A stretch of DNA of 64,000 bases from Macrostomum lignano (taxonomy: Eukaryota), in assembly GCA_002269645.1 (NCBI GenBank), contig NIVC01001481.1, forward strand, positions 217,331 to 281,330. The letters run 5' to 3'. This document shows positions 34,532 through 47,630 of this stretch, piece after piece (positions within the stretch are counted from its first letter, which is position 1; the number at the start of each line of letters is the position of its first letter). Below the pieces are notes generated by a model that was given only the letters and a program-made list of their open reading frames with translations, did not search any database and was not told the DNA's origin. A program made the translations under genes and the position numbers.

Positions 34532-37500
34532 TCAAGTGTAGAACTTCCTAGGCGGCCGATTCTTGTAGGCGATTTTTCGCGACTTCAAATAAGTAAACAC
34601 GTGGCGCTTAGCGAACCAGCTGCAGGCCACCAGCACCAAAGTCCAGGGCAGGACCTTCAGCGCTATGCGTTTCCTATCGTCGTGCTCCATCTCGGACGTG
34701 AACGTCAGGAAAGTGGCGACGTCCTTGGCTAGCTGGCTCTGCGTAGCCGGCGTGCCGTCCTCGTACTCGATGATCTCGTTGTACAGCGCCTGCGGATGGG
34801 TTGGTTGGCTTAGGCTTTGTTGCAACCGAATATGGCCTAGGAGGAATCTGTACTGTTTATCCACTAGATCACATAAAACAAACGTCTGAAGGACGCTGCT
34901 TCTTATGAACTAAACTCAGATTTCCAGGAACCCCCCATCAACCCATCAACCATTCTCAATGACTCAATTCCCGATTTCCAGGAATCCCAGACCTGATTTC
35001 CAGGAATTCCTTTCTCGATTTCCAGGAATTCCATTCCCGATTTCCAGGTATTCCATTCCCGATTTCAGGAAACCCATTTCTGATTTCAAGGAATCCCATT
35101 CTCGATTTCCAGGAATCCCATTCTCGATTTCCAGGAATCCCATTCCCCGATTTCCAGGAATCCCATTCCCGATTTCCAGGAATCCCATTCCCCGATTTCC
35201 AGGAATCTCATTCCCCGATTTCCAGGAATCTTGTTCCTGATTTCCAGGAATCCTGTTCCTGATTTCCAGGAATCCTGTTCCTGATTTCCAGGAATCCTGT
35301 TCCTGATTTCCAGGAATCCTGTTCCTGATTTCCAGGAATTCCAGTCCCGATTTCTAGGAATTCCAGTCCCGATTTCCAGGAATCCCATTTCTGATTTCCA
35401 GGAATCTCGTTCCTGATTTCCAGGAATCCCATTCCCGATTTCCAGGAATCTCATTCCCGATTTCCAGGAATCCCATTTCTGATTTCCAGGAATCCCATCC
35501 TGGGATTTCCAGCTACCCCATCTCCTATTTTCGTTTATCCCACCCTAATATCCAGGTAGTCTATCCATAGTATTCAGGAACTTCAACCCCTATTTTCAGA
35601 TATTAGCATTTATATCAGCATATCAGCACTAATCACAACATCAGCATCAGCATTGGGATTTTAATCCCAATTTCTAGGAATTTCAATCACACATCGAAAT
35701 AATCTCGTCCCCTTACTAATTCAGTAACCATACAGTCTGATTTATTTGAATCACAATGACCACACTATTTCCTAGATCCCAACACGTAAATAACAATTGT
35801 CGTTCTGATACAGAATACAACGGAATTCAGACTAAAACTTCAGACTCCCAACCTGAGCCATAGCGATAGCGCCGCCAGGAAAGTACGGATTATAATAGAG
35901 GCCCTCGCCGACCAGCCGGCCTGCGGGCGGATCCATGTAGCCGGTCAACAGGTGGAACAGGTAGTCGGCGCCGCCGTGCCTGGCGGCCACGATGAAGCTC
36001 AGATCTGGCGGAGCGGCGCCGCCGTTAGCAGCCTTGGCGGCCTCCACATTGGGATAGGGATTGGGGAAGAAGTCGCTCAGCTTGCCGGGCCGCTCGAACA
36101 TCTGGCCAGTCTCGTCCGGCCCGTCCTGCACCTGGATCTCGGCGGCCTCGGCCTTGGCCTCCTCCTCAGTTAGGCAGACGCCAACAAGGTGACGGTAGGC
36201 GATGAACTTCATGCTGTGGCAGGCGGCGCACACCTGGGAGAGAAGCGGCAATTTTAATGAGTTTTCTGGGTCATAGGGCGATTCTGTACAGGTGGGTTGG
36301 GTCAGAGGGCGATTCTGTACAGGTGGGTTGGGTCAGAGGGCGATTCTGTACAGGTGGGTTGGGTCAGAGGGCGATTCTGTACAGGTGGGTTGGGTCAGAG
36401 GGCGATTCTGTACAGGTGGGTTGGGTCAGAGGGCGATTCTGTACAGGTGGGTTGGGTCAGAGGGCGATTCTCTACAGGTGGGTTGGGTCGGAGGGGGATT
36501 CTGTACAGGTGGGTTGGGTCAGAGGGCGATTCTGTACAGGTGGGTTGGGTCAGAGGGCGATTCTGTACGGGTGGGTTGGGTCGGAGGGGGATTCTGTACA
36601 GGTGGGTTGGGTCAGAGGGGGATTCTGTACAGGTGGTTTGAGTCAGAGGGGGATTCTGTACAGGTGGGTTGGGTCGGAGGGGGATTCTGTACAGGTGGGT
36701 TGGGTCAGAGGGGGATTCTGTACAGGTGGGTTGGGTCGGAGGGGGATTCTGTACAGGTGGGTTGGGTCAGAGGGCGATTCTGTACAGGTGGGTTGGGTCG
36801 GAGGGGGATTCTGTACAGGTGGGTTGGGTCAGAGGGGGATTCTGTACAGGTGGGTTGGGTCGGAGGGGGATTCTGTACAGGTGGGTTGGGTCAGAGGGCG
36901 ATTCTGTACGGGTGGGTTGGGTCGGAGGGGGATTCTGTACATGTGGGTTGGGTCGGAGGGGGATTCTGTACAGGTGGGTTGGGTCAGAGGGCGATTCTGT
37001 ACAGGTGGTTTGAGTCAGAGGGGGATTCTGTACAGGTGGTTTGAGTCAGAGGGCGATTCTGTACAGGTGGGTTGAATCAGAGGGCGATTCTGTACAGGTG
37101 CGTTGGGTCAGAGGGCGATTCTGTACAGGTGGGTTGAATCAGAGGGCGATTCTGTACAGGTGGGTTGAATCAGAGGGCGATTCTGTACAGGTGCGTTGGG
37201 TCAGAGGGCGATTCTGTACAGGTGGGTTGAATCAGAGGGCGATTCTGTACAGGTGGGTTGGGTCAGAGGGCGATTCTGTACAGGTGCGTTGGGTCAGAGG
37301 GCGATTCTGTACAGGTGCGTTGGGTCAGAGGGCGATTCTGTACAGGTGCGTTGGGTCAGAGGGCGATTCTGTACAGGTGCGTAGGGTCAGAGGGCAATTC
37401 TGTACAGGTGGGTTGAATCAGAGGGCGATTCTGTACAGGTGGGTTGAATCAGAGGGCGATTCTGTACAGGTGCGTTGTTTCAGAGGGCGATTCTGTACAG

Positions 37501-38147
37501 AGATGATAAAGACTTGGCCTGGGTCAGAGAGCGATTTTGTACAGAGAGATGATAAAGACTTGTGTTTGATCAGAGGGCGATTCTGTACAGAGATGATAAA
37601 GACTTGGCCTGGGTCAGAGAGCGATTCTGTACAAAGAGATTATAAAACTTGGCCTGGGTCAGAGAGCGATTCTGTACAGAGAGATTATAAAACTTGGCCT
37701 GGGTCAGAGAGCGATTCTGTACAGAGAGATTATAAAGACTTGGCTTGGGTCAGAGGGCGATTCTGTACAGAGAGATATAAAGACTGCTTGGGTCAGAGAG
37801 CCTTTTTCGACACGATTGGGGTTCAGGTTTTTGACCTTCAAAATTAACATCAAACTTGATGAATTAACATTCAGAATCATTTGAGTTTTACTCAAAGTTT
37901 ACTCAGAAGAACAATCTTAGAAACAAAAGCCCGAACAGACCTGCTTGAACACAAAGTAGCCCCTGCGCACAGAAGCGGCATCAAGAGAGGAGAACCAGCC
38001 ATTGTGCGACCAGGGCAGGTGAGACGAATGCAGCGTCAGCTCGGTGGCGAATGCCGGCGTGCTCAAATAGAGAGCGGCGCCGCTTCCGGCGCCTAGCGCG
38101 CCAGCGGCCAGTGCGGCGCGTCTGCCTAATTGAAGCCAGCGACTCAT
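34532..38147 (-). CDS. CYC1: Cytochrome c1, heme protein, mitochondrial precursor; exons 38147-37941, 36233-35853, 34789-34532; 281 aa
   Basis: Heme motif CAACH follows RRGYFVFKQ|[22 protein letters not shown]|[16 protein letters not shown], a C-terminal TM helix and an Arg-rich presequence are present. Both junctions are phase 0 GT-AG. Confidence 0.97.
34965..35510. repeat. About 22-bp minisatellite, CYC1 intron 2
   Basis: Unit GATTTCCAGGAATCCCATTCCC. Confidence 0.93.
36270..37800. repeat. 31-bp minisatellite (longer variant units near 37500-37800), CYC1 intron 1
   Basis: Unit GGGTCAGAGGGCGATTCTGTACAGGTGGGTT. Confidence 0.96.
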
Positions 38148-38335
38148 TGGGACGCGAGTGGGTGACGAAACGGCAGCAAGAGGGGCGCGATTTGGATTAA
38201 TGAACTAATGAATCGAACCCGGGCGGTGCTTTGCCGCGAGAGTCCGACACGTTTACCGCTGGGCTGGTCTCCTCCTAAGCCAGGGGTCGGCTAACTCCGG
38301 TCCGCGAAACCTCTCCATCCGACCGAGCTTAAGGC

Positions 38336-38970
38336 TTGTTTTCCCTCTTCACTCCTCAATCCCTCCTTTATCTCCCCTCTCTTCTCTCCTCTATCCCCTC
38401 CCTTATCTCCCCTCTCTTCTCTCCTCAATCCCCCCTTTATCTCCTCTCTCTTCTCTCCTCTATCCCCTCCCTTATCTCCCCTCTCTTCTCTCCTCTATCC
38501 CTCCCTTATCTCCCCTCTCTTCTCTCATCTATCCCCTCCCTTATCTCCCCTCTCTCCCCCTCTACTCTTATCTATCCCCTCCCTTATCTCCCCTCTCTCC
38601 CCCTCTTCTCTCATCTATCCCCTCCCTTATCTCTCCTCTCCCCCTCTTCTCTTATCTATCCCCTCTCTTATCACCCCTTTCCCCCCTCTTCTCTCCTATC
38701 TTCATCCTCTTCTCTCCTCTCCCCTCTCTTCTTTCATCTATCCCCTCTCCCCCTCCTTTCATGTATCCCCTCTCTCCCCCCTTCTATCCTAAATCCCCTC
38801 TTCTCTCCTTTATCCCTTCTCTTCTCTCCCCTCTTCCCTTTCTTTTCTCCTGTCTCATCCCTCTCTTCTCTCCTCTCTCTTCCCTATTCTCTGCTCTCTG
38901 CTCCCTCTATTTTTTCTTCTCTCATCCCTTATCTCGCCTCTCTCTTCTACCTCTTCTCAACCTCTATTCC
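38336..38970. repeat. CT-rich low-complexity tract between NAA10 and CYC1
   Basis: Near-continuous (CT/CCT/TCC) composition. Confidence 0.9.
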
Positions 38971-39401
38971 CTTCGCTCGGAGCCAAGAGCTGGATTTTTG
39001 TATTCGTCACATGAGGTAAAGAAGGTTTGTTGACCTCTGTCCTAATCTTGTAATTAAATTGATTGACTTATAAAACTAACAAATGAAAACTCTTTCTAGT
39101 CCAGTCTATAAATAAATAAATAGGCAGAAACAAGGGCAAAATCGCATGCCTTATTATCCTCATTTATTCAAGATACAATGCGAGTACATCAGAAAAGGCA
39201 ATTAATGATTATTTATAACTAGCTGAAACAATATTACAAAACTAAAATGTTAACAATTAAACAATACCAATGAACAAACAGGGCTGCTAGCTAAAAGATG
39301 CTTAAACGCGATTACAAAAATTTCCCTCACAAATTTAGCATCGATATTTTCGCATTTCTACTGTTAGTAGCCGTAATCGTGCCAAGACCAAATCACGGCT
39401 C

Positions 39402-40964
39402 TCACGGCTCAACAGCTTTGGCTTTGGCCGGTTTAACATCAAAATCGACGCCTTTCGGTCCGAACTTGTCCCAGAACTCGCGCAGCATCCGTTTCATAGC
39501 GTAGGCGTCCTCGCCGTCGGCGTAATATTTCGGCTCGGTTTCGCTAATACGAAAGCCGAGCGTCTTTTTGTACAGCTGCAACGCTGCCCGATTGCTGACG
39601 CGGACGTGCAGCGACACGTAGCGAGCGTGGAAGCTCTCCACCATGGCGCGAGAGGCCTGAAGTGATTGGGTGTCGCATTGCGTTTGACTAGCTTTGACTC
39701 GTTATTATAATTGGTTGATCGAGGTCACAGCAATGGAAATTTCTCTGTTTGTCAAGTGACAAGTTACAAAGGGGAATTACACATCTGGTGAAGGTCGAAA
39801 TTGGAATTCCCCAGTTGGTCAAGGTTACTGCCATGGAAATTACCCAGTTAGTCAAGGTCGAAATGTGAATTCCCCATTTGATCAAGGTCGAAAAGGGAAT
39901 TAACTATTTGATCAAGGTTGAAATGAGAATTCCCTATTTGATCAAGGTCGAAATGGGAATTCCCTATTTGATCAAGGTCGAAATGGGAATTCCCGATTTG
40001 ATCAAAGTCGAAAAGGGAATTAACTATTTGATCAAGGTTGAAATGAGAATTCCCTATTTAATCAAGGTCGAAATGGGAATTCCCGATTTGATCAAGGTCG
40101 AAATGGGAATTCCCGATTTGATCAAAGTCGAAAAGGGAATTAACTATTTGATCAAGGTCGAAATGAGAATTCCCTATTTGATCAAGGTCGAAATGGGAAT
40201 TCCTGATTTGATCAAAGTCGAAAAGGGAATTCCCGATTTGATCAAAGTCGAAAAGGGAATTAACTATTTGATCAAGGTCGAAATGAGAATTCCCGATTTG
40301 ATCAAAGTCGAAAAGGGAATTAACTATTTGATCAAGGTCGAAATGAGAATTCCCCTTTTGGTCAAGGTCGAAAGTGAAATTCCCCATTTGATCAAGGTTG
40401 AAATGAGGATTCCTAAGCTGGTTGGTCAAGGTCGAAATTGGAATTCCCCAGTTAGTCAAGGTCGAAACGGGAATTCTCCAGTTAGTCAAGGTCGAAATGG
40501 GAATATTCACCAATCGGTCAAGGTCACTGCCGTGAAATACCTCAGTTGGTCAAAAGGGATTCCACTATTGGTCAAGGTCCAAATTGGCATTTATTTCCTG
40601 ATTTTTAGAACATTTCAGTGAGAATTTTCCTGACAGTTATGGACCATCTGTTCAACCTATACTAGTCATCATCAGTCCTACAGACCTGATCCATGAGCTT
40701 CTGCGCAATGCCTAATCGGCGATAATTTCGCTTGACAGCCAGCGAGGTGATGTGACCGTGTGGCTGGTCCTCGGGGTCCTCCTCCATCTTTGCCAACACG
40801 TAGCCAACAATTTCGCCATCAAGATTCTCAGCTACGAATGATAACTGAGGCCAAGAGAGGCCGTGGTACAGATAATATTTCATCTGGTAGTTTTCTGGCA
40901 AGCACTGCAGGTTGCAGTCCTGCATGTTCATCAGGTCAGCGGGCGTGGCATTTCGAATATTCAT
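39402..40964 (-). CDS. NAA10: N-alpha-acetyltransferase 10 (NatA catalytic subunit, ARD1); exons 40964-40686, 39656-39402; 177 aa
   Basis: MNIRNA...[50 protein letters not shown]|[16 protein letters not shown] and [16 protein letters not shown] are all present. The junction is phase 0 GT-AG. Confidence 0.97.
39780..40590. repeat. 30-bp minisatellite, NAA10 intron
   Basis: Unit GATCAAGGTCGAAATGGGAATTCCCTATTT. Units degenerate toward both ends. Confidence 0.95.
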
Positions 40965-41404
40965 TTTGCATGCAAGGTGTAGATAAAAATATGGATATTG
41001 ATAGATTTTCTATGCATTTTGGTACCCGTGCATTTCAGTACCCCAGTTTTTTATGCCAAAAAATTAATAAAAATAATCCTATAACAAATATAATAAATAA
41101 TTTACAAAATATTAATGTTTCTAATAAAAGTTGTATCTATTTTGTTAAGCTGGCATGTTTTTTTTATTTAGAAAAATCCAATCCAATTAGGTTGCACCTA
41201 ATTGCATGGCATGCTGCATTTGCTGTATCCTATATATACAAATACAAGGCTGCACCTAGAAAGTGTGCTATGAAGATTTAGTTAAGTAGAGATAAAATCT
41301 ATCAATGATATTGTATATAGTTTTGATTGAAACTATTGAACTAGTCTATTTTAGTATTGATTTCTTGAATCACACAATCTTATATAAATTGAAACCATAC
41401 ATGC

Positions 41405-41554
41405 GCAACCTTGGGAATCACTCAGCCATTTCTATTGGCAACACACATGTAAGTTGCTATTGGCTGAGAGCACCCACGTGATTACCATATCATCCAATAG
41501 CGACTTACATGTGTGTGTTGCCAATAAAAATAGCCAGGTGAATCCCTAGGTTGC
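41405..41554. repeat. 150-bp foldback (about 60-bp arms, 30-nt loop)
   Basis: The left arm gcaaccttgggaatcac...tattggcaacacacatgtaagttgctattgg matches the reverse complement of ccaatagcgacttacatgtgtgtgttgccaata...gtgaatccctaggttgc. Confidence 0.85.
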
Positions 41555-42404
41555 ACTAAAGCATGATTGAAACAAAAGCATCTTTTTAAATTAAAATAAT
41601 AGGTCAGCTTAACAAACTAAATAATACCTTAGTTTTTTTTAATAAATAAGTATTGCAAAGACAAAGTAGTTACTGCTAAATTAAGGGCTAACTTTTTATA
41701 TTTTTTGTCCAATTCTTATTTATAATTTAAGCATCAAGAAACAAACTCAAACACCAAAATCCTAGGCACCAAAAAGTACAAAAGCACAGGCATTGAAGAG
41801 TGTGGATACCCTGCAAAAAAAATAATTTTAATAAAAGTTGAAAGCCATAGTCCGGATTATGCTGGGTGCATGCCCAAACAAAAATTTGATAGTTACAAAT
41901 GCACCCCAAAAAATTGAATGCATGCCCATTCTTAAAACTCCACCCATGTTGCAACAATAAATGAACTTTTTTACATTGTGACAAAAATTACCTTTTTTCA
42001 TTGCGTAATAGACCTTTTTTGACAAATAATTTTTCTACTTTTTTGGTGATACTATTTATAATAGAAAATTGATACATGCAAAAATTGTTTAAATGCCTTA
42101 TTATGAGCTTAAAAAACCTAGAAAGTGGGAAAATTATGCTTAAAAATGAACTTTTTTACCTTTTTTCTACTTTACAATAACTTTTTTGCATGATTCTAAA
42201 GTGTACACTAGGTGTATTTTCTTAGAAGTGATTGATACCAACTGTGCATGCTTACTTTTGGCATGCAAGGCCAATGCATGTCCAAATTTTTGGGTATATA
42301 GTACATAATCCAGAGTGTGGGTTGAAAGCAAGTGTTTTGCAAATGAATAACTTTGCAAGGCAATCAAACATTCATAGAATAAAAACAAATATAGATTACA
42401 TATA

Positions 42405-43105
42405 TCTCTAACTATAAAAATCAAAACTCTGTCTGTGTGTCTGTCTGTCTGTCTGTCTGTCTGTGTGTCTGTGGACAATTTTGATCGCTATGGACTCCCA
42501 AACCACTCAACCAACTAACACCAAATTTTACACCCACCCTAAACTCACTACGGAGAATGTCTTAGGCTATCTTTTAATTTCCTAAATTTGAGTCTTCCTA
42601 CCTAAAAGTGCAAAAAACTGCTCAAAATGCGCGATTTTTTCACTAAATCCTCCATAGCGCCGCTCCATTTCTACCGATTCTCTTCAAATTTGACACAGAT
42701 TATCTTTAACTATTTTGGCACAATCGTGTAAAATTTCGAGTATCAAAGTTAATCCTGAGCGGTGCTGTGCGCTTTTAAAGTTAGGCTGTTTTTTTCAGCG
42801 TAGCAACCACCCCAACCTCCGCCCGCCTGCCTCTCTTTCCCGATCTGGGCCCAGATGTGTAAAAGGGTTTCAAAATTGACTAACTTTCAGCTGCCATAAG
42901 TTTGCTCCACGTAAAGCGATTGACTTCAAGCTTGACACAATTCTTCATTGACTCATTCTCTATCTAAATGTAAAGTTTCAACTCTGTAACTCAACCGAAA
43001 AAGAAACTGTAAGCATGTGAAGTTTGTCTGCTTTTTCTGTGGTTTGTGCCACTCACTCACTCATTCCCCCAGCCCAGACGAAGGGTCAGGCGATAGGACT
43101 GAATG
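42405..43105 (+). mobile_element. Probable non-autonomous Helitron-like element
   Basis: It starts A|TCTCTAACTATAAAAAT and is followed by a (TCTG)n microsatellite, then aaaccactcaaccaactaacaccaaatttt. The 3' end carries a degenerate GC hairpin-like cccagacgaagggtcaggcg. This layout is typical of small Helitron derivatives, but the 3' CTAG is not clear. Confidence 0.5.
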
Positions 43106-43639
43106 TACATAGCAAATGTACAGTGTTTTGGAATAACTTTTTAATAGCCTTCTCTGTACCCCCGAGCGTGGAGAGGCTACGTTTAGCCATGACAGTTTAG
43201 TGAGAAATTCTAACCACTGTCCTCTGTATTGGCAAACTCTGCAGCAGTTTAACAGTGGATGGCAAATCGAGGGAATCCAGCATGGTTTGTAAAAGCGAAA
43301 GATTTATGATAAGGCGATGCAATGCAATACAACCCTACTAAATTAGGCACACCATGGAAATTTTAGGTTTCTTTTAAAGGTACTGTGTAAATATTAAATG
43401 GCCTCCTAAGAGATGCGTATTTCCTTGGTTGTTAGACTGATGCAGACTGCAGTGGAGCTGAAGATACACAAATTCCTTTCAGGGCTGCAAATTGGCAAGA
43501 AAGATGACGTGATCAAAGCGTGAGAACAACCATGAGAGTACTACGTCCCACAAACTGGCTTTCCAAGCAGGGATAGACAGACTTTTACCTCAAAGGCCAG
43601 ATAAAGAATCCAGCTCATAGCTGAGGGGCAGATGAAAGT

Positions 43640-44288
43640 GGAAAGAAGAAGGAATAGACAATTCGAAGAGAGGAGAGGCGATAGAGGGGATAAAAGAAAA
43701 GATAAAAGATAATAGGAGAGATGAGGGGGTGAGGACGATGAGAGAGAGGGGGAGAAGAGGGGAGAGAGGAAAAGCAAAAGGAGAGAGTAGAGATGAGAGA
43801 GCAGAGAGCTGCAGATGAGAGGAGACAGCAGAGAGGAGAGCAGAAAGGAAACAGGTGAAAGAAGGGATGAGAGAGTAAAGGGAAGAGAGAAGAGATAAAG
43901 ATACATCTCTACATCTCTAAGGTTCTAGAGATGAGAGAGGTGGAAGGAGAGATAAGAGATAACGGAGAGAGGAGAGTGGAGTGAGAGAAGAGAGGGAGAC
44001 AGAGTATAGAAAAGGGAAGAGAAGAGAAAAGAAGAAAGGAGAAAGGAAAGTGAGGAGTCAAAAGAGGGGAAAGAAAAGAGTACAGAGGAGAGAGGTGAGA
44101 GAACATATAAGACAGAGATGCCAGATTAAAGAGGGGGATGAGAGAGCAGAGATGAGAGTGAACAGATAAAAGATGGGAGAGTAGAGAGAACAGAGGAGAG
44201 GTTACAGAGACGAGAGGAGAGAGGAGAGGAAAGAGGAGAATGGAGAGGGGAGAGAGTAGAGAGAGGAGGAGAGATAAGAGAGAAAGAC

Positions 44289-44356
<68 letters not shown>

Positions 44357-44383
44357 GAGAGAGGAGAGATAAGAGAAAAAGAC

Positions 44384-44427
<44 letters not shown>

Positions 44428-44830
44428 AGCAGAGAGAAATGAGAAGAGATAAGAGAGAAAAGATAAAAGAAGAGAAAGGAAAGATGAGAGAGCAAAGACG
44501 AGAGAGAAAAGAGGTGAGGGAAGAGAGAAGAGGGGACAGATGAGAGAGTAGTGGAGAGAGTTAGGAGAAGAGAGAAAAGAATAGAAAGGAGAAGGAAGAT
44601 GAGAGAGAAGTGGGGGTGAGAGGAGAGAGGAGAGGGCGAGAGAGGAGAGAGGAGAGGAGAGAGAAAACGAAAAAGTAGAGAGGAGAAAGGAGAGGAGAGA
44701 GAAAAGAAGAGACAAGAGATGAGATAAGAGAGATGAAAGAGAAGAGAGATGAGGGAAGATACGAGAGAAGAGGGAGAGAGGAGAGAGGAGAGACGAGGGA
44801 CGAGAGAGATGAGAGGAAACAAAGAGACGA
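43640..44830. repeat. GA-rich low-complexity tract with pure (GA)n cores
   Basis: Purine-rich composition with (GA)n at about 44295-44420. Confidence 0.9.
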
Positions 44831-47336
44831 TAGAAATTTTAAAGGATCCAAGGGACGTAGGGAGAGTCAGGGAGAGACCAGAGTTTAGCAATATATGTTT
44901 TATAGAGTCAGACAGACATTGCCTGACATTCTGCGCAGTACCCCAGCCAACAATGTCTCAAACCCTAATTTTACACGAATGTGCTCCATTTTATGTCTAC
45001 CTCTATCCTACTAACTATTAACAAGTTTTTATTTGTGTATGGCCTTAGATTTCAGAATACATGCAAAAGTAGTTCCGGGTATTGGAATTCCCCGGGTTCA
45101 AAATCCGCGGGTTTCAACAGCTTATATTCTAATATATTATATGTATATAATACATTATCAAAAAATAACTTTTTAAAAATGCCAATGGGAGGCTTATAAT
45201 AAATAGGCCCTATGGCTTGCCTTTATTATTGACATTAGGGACTATAGGCCTATTAGGATAATAACAAAATAAATCATATTTTTCATAGATATGGCTTATT
45301 AATTTAAAGCTAACACTTACAAAAAGTAGATACTTTGTCTTTATATTTAAAATTGAAAACAATAAGTTTTAACAAAAGTCATTGTATTGTAATGTAAAGA
45401 TAAAGCAAATATAATATTATAAAGATAGGTATTTGTCATTGCCTTGACCAAACTAGTCTGTGACTAAATAGGCCTAGGCTTGGGGTGAAACATCTGTAAC
45501 TAAAAGAGTTTATAGGGGCAAAAACAACTGGTTACCTAAGTAATAGACTAGGTAGAATTGTGATCCAGATCTAGTAGGCATCTTGCTCTTAATGTAGGCC
45601 ATCACCATTATAGGCTATAGCATTTAGGCGTATAGGGCTTAGGTTTAGGCCTACTTTTCATAGAATTTCATATTTCTTAATATATTATTTATTATATATA
45701 GGTATAGAATCTCATAAATTCTCCTATTTTCATAAAAACTTAAAACTAGTGTCGTTGTAATGTAATGACAATGTAATAAAAACTAACATAAATGATAACT
45801 ATCAGTGATCAAAGAGTACAGACAGATTAAAGGCATTAAGGCTTTTTCTGAATTTTCACAAGCTTTTTGACTGCAGCAAATAAATTCAAGTTAAATACAA
45901 TAATTTGAATTAAAAAGATCAAATTTTAATCATTATAGCTAGATTTTAATTTAAAAAGCACAACAATTTTACCCGGGTCGTAAATTCTCGAAAGTTATAA
46001 CAAAAAAGGGAGTATAGCAGTCCTGTCTAGAGGGTAAATTGTTTTTTCTCGAAACAGAAAGGGCACCCAGGTTTGCTTTCAATAAAAAAGCACACTCAAT
46101 GATTACCTAATCCAAATTAAATTTGTTATCGAAAGAGGCGAAAATTCTTGCGTTATTCAAAAGTTCTTTTATTGAAAGGTTCGAGAGCTATCGATCGACT
46201 GACTGACTGCTAAACCTGCGGTGTCGACGTAACACCGACCTCTGATCCATGCCTTATCTTTCTTATAATTCCATGATATCGTATCGTGATCGTCTCAAGA
46301 TAAATAAATCTTAAACTAAAGTGAAACTGAAACCAATCGCAATCGCCGCGATGCTGAAAAATAAAAATAGGCCTACAATCGAATCATTTTTTTCATGCGG
46401 TCAGCCTGAGCTTAGTAGTATTAGCAAACTCTTGTAATTAAGCGTCAGTTTCCGTTTTACAAATGTTAAATACTAATACTTTTGTATTTTGGTTTAAACC
46501 TAATCTGTTTAATTGTTTAAATTTTAGTTTAGTACCTTTTTAATGAGTCATTGACAAAAGACTAGGGGCCTTGGGCCTATAACACTGACAGGCCTCCAGA
46601 CTGGGTCCTACCCCTCTAGGCTATATTTAGGCCTATCTTCAACAACAATAAAGTCGCCACCTTTTAGAGTGTGCTATAAGTTATAGCTCAGTATTGACTT
46701 AGTTTTAAGTGACATAATTTGTGCCATGCGATGCAAAGTTGGGCTAGGCCTAACGCTGCCTAAGGAGAGATTGGGAAGAGTAGAAGGCAAAGATTAGATG
46801 GATTAAAGCTTCTGACCAGTTTTCATTGTTTTTTCAAGCATTTTTTATCAATATGGTTGGCTATATAATAAATGCTAGTCAAAATGGGCAATGGCTAGAG
46901 TTCCATCACTATATTTTATTTTCTAATAGCTAGTCTAGGCTCTACTCTATATGGCTATGCCTATAGAAATATGGGTCTAGTAATGCCTTATAAATGTATA
47001 TAAAAATATGAGGCCTACAATGTATTTGTCCTATCTGAAAATGATTTTTTTTGGGACAAAAAATGCTAGGCCTATAACTTTTTTATTACTCAACTAAAAT
47101 TAATAAGTGAAGCCATTTTGTGATGCTATTATTGTCTAATGTCCATGTAAGGGTTTCACAACAGATATTTAGACAGACATTCAAAGTGATTGTAACTTTT
47201 AACAAAATTGAATCACTTCAACTATCTTTTAAGCAAATATTTACGTAGGTGTTGGGCATCTAATAAGCTTTAATTTATTTACTGAAATAAAAAGCTTTCT
47301 GACATACATTGATTGACATACTTTTTTATATATGTC

Positions 47337-47630
47337 TTTAAAATGACACCTTAGGCATCGCAAAAGACAGCTTTGATACTAAGATATTAAACACTAAACA
47401 TTGCTTTGCACAAACTCATTCAGAAATTTTACTGATTTTTTATCAATATTTGTGCAGCTGCCATGTCCTTGTTTTTCATCAGAATCTTGTCAAATTCTAG
47501 TCATGTCTATATGCATGTCTCAGCTTTAAAATGACACATCAGGCATCAAAAAAGACAGCTTTGATGTTGAGATATTCAACATTAAACATTGCTTTGTGCG
47601 AATTCACATTTAGAAATGTCACTGATTTTT
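47337..47630. repeat. Two diverged direct copies of an about 105-bp segment (about 47337-47440 and 47526-47630)
   Basis: tttaaaatgacac...aggcatc..aaaagacagctttgat...agatatt.aaca.taaacattgctttg...agaaat..actgattttt occurs twice. Confidence 0.75.

Noticed and set aside
45990-46450. Shared bidirectional promoter for NAA10 and USP
   Set aside because: The region is slightly GC/CpG-richer, but I see no diagnostic element and cannot place transcription starts from sequence alone.
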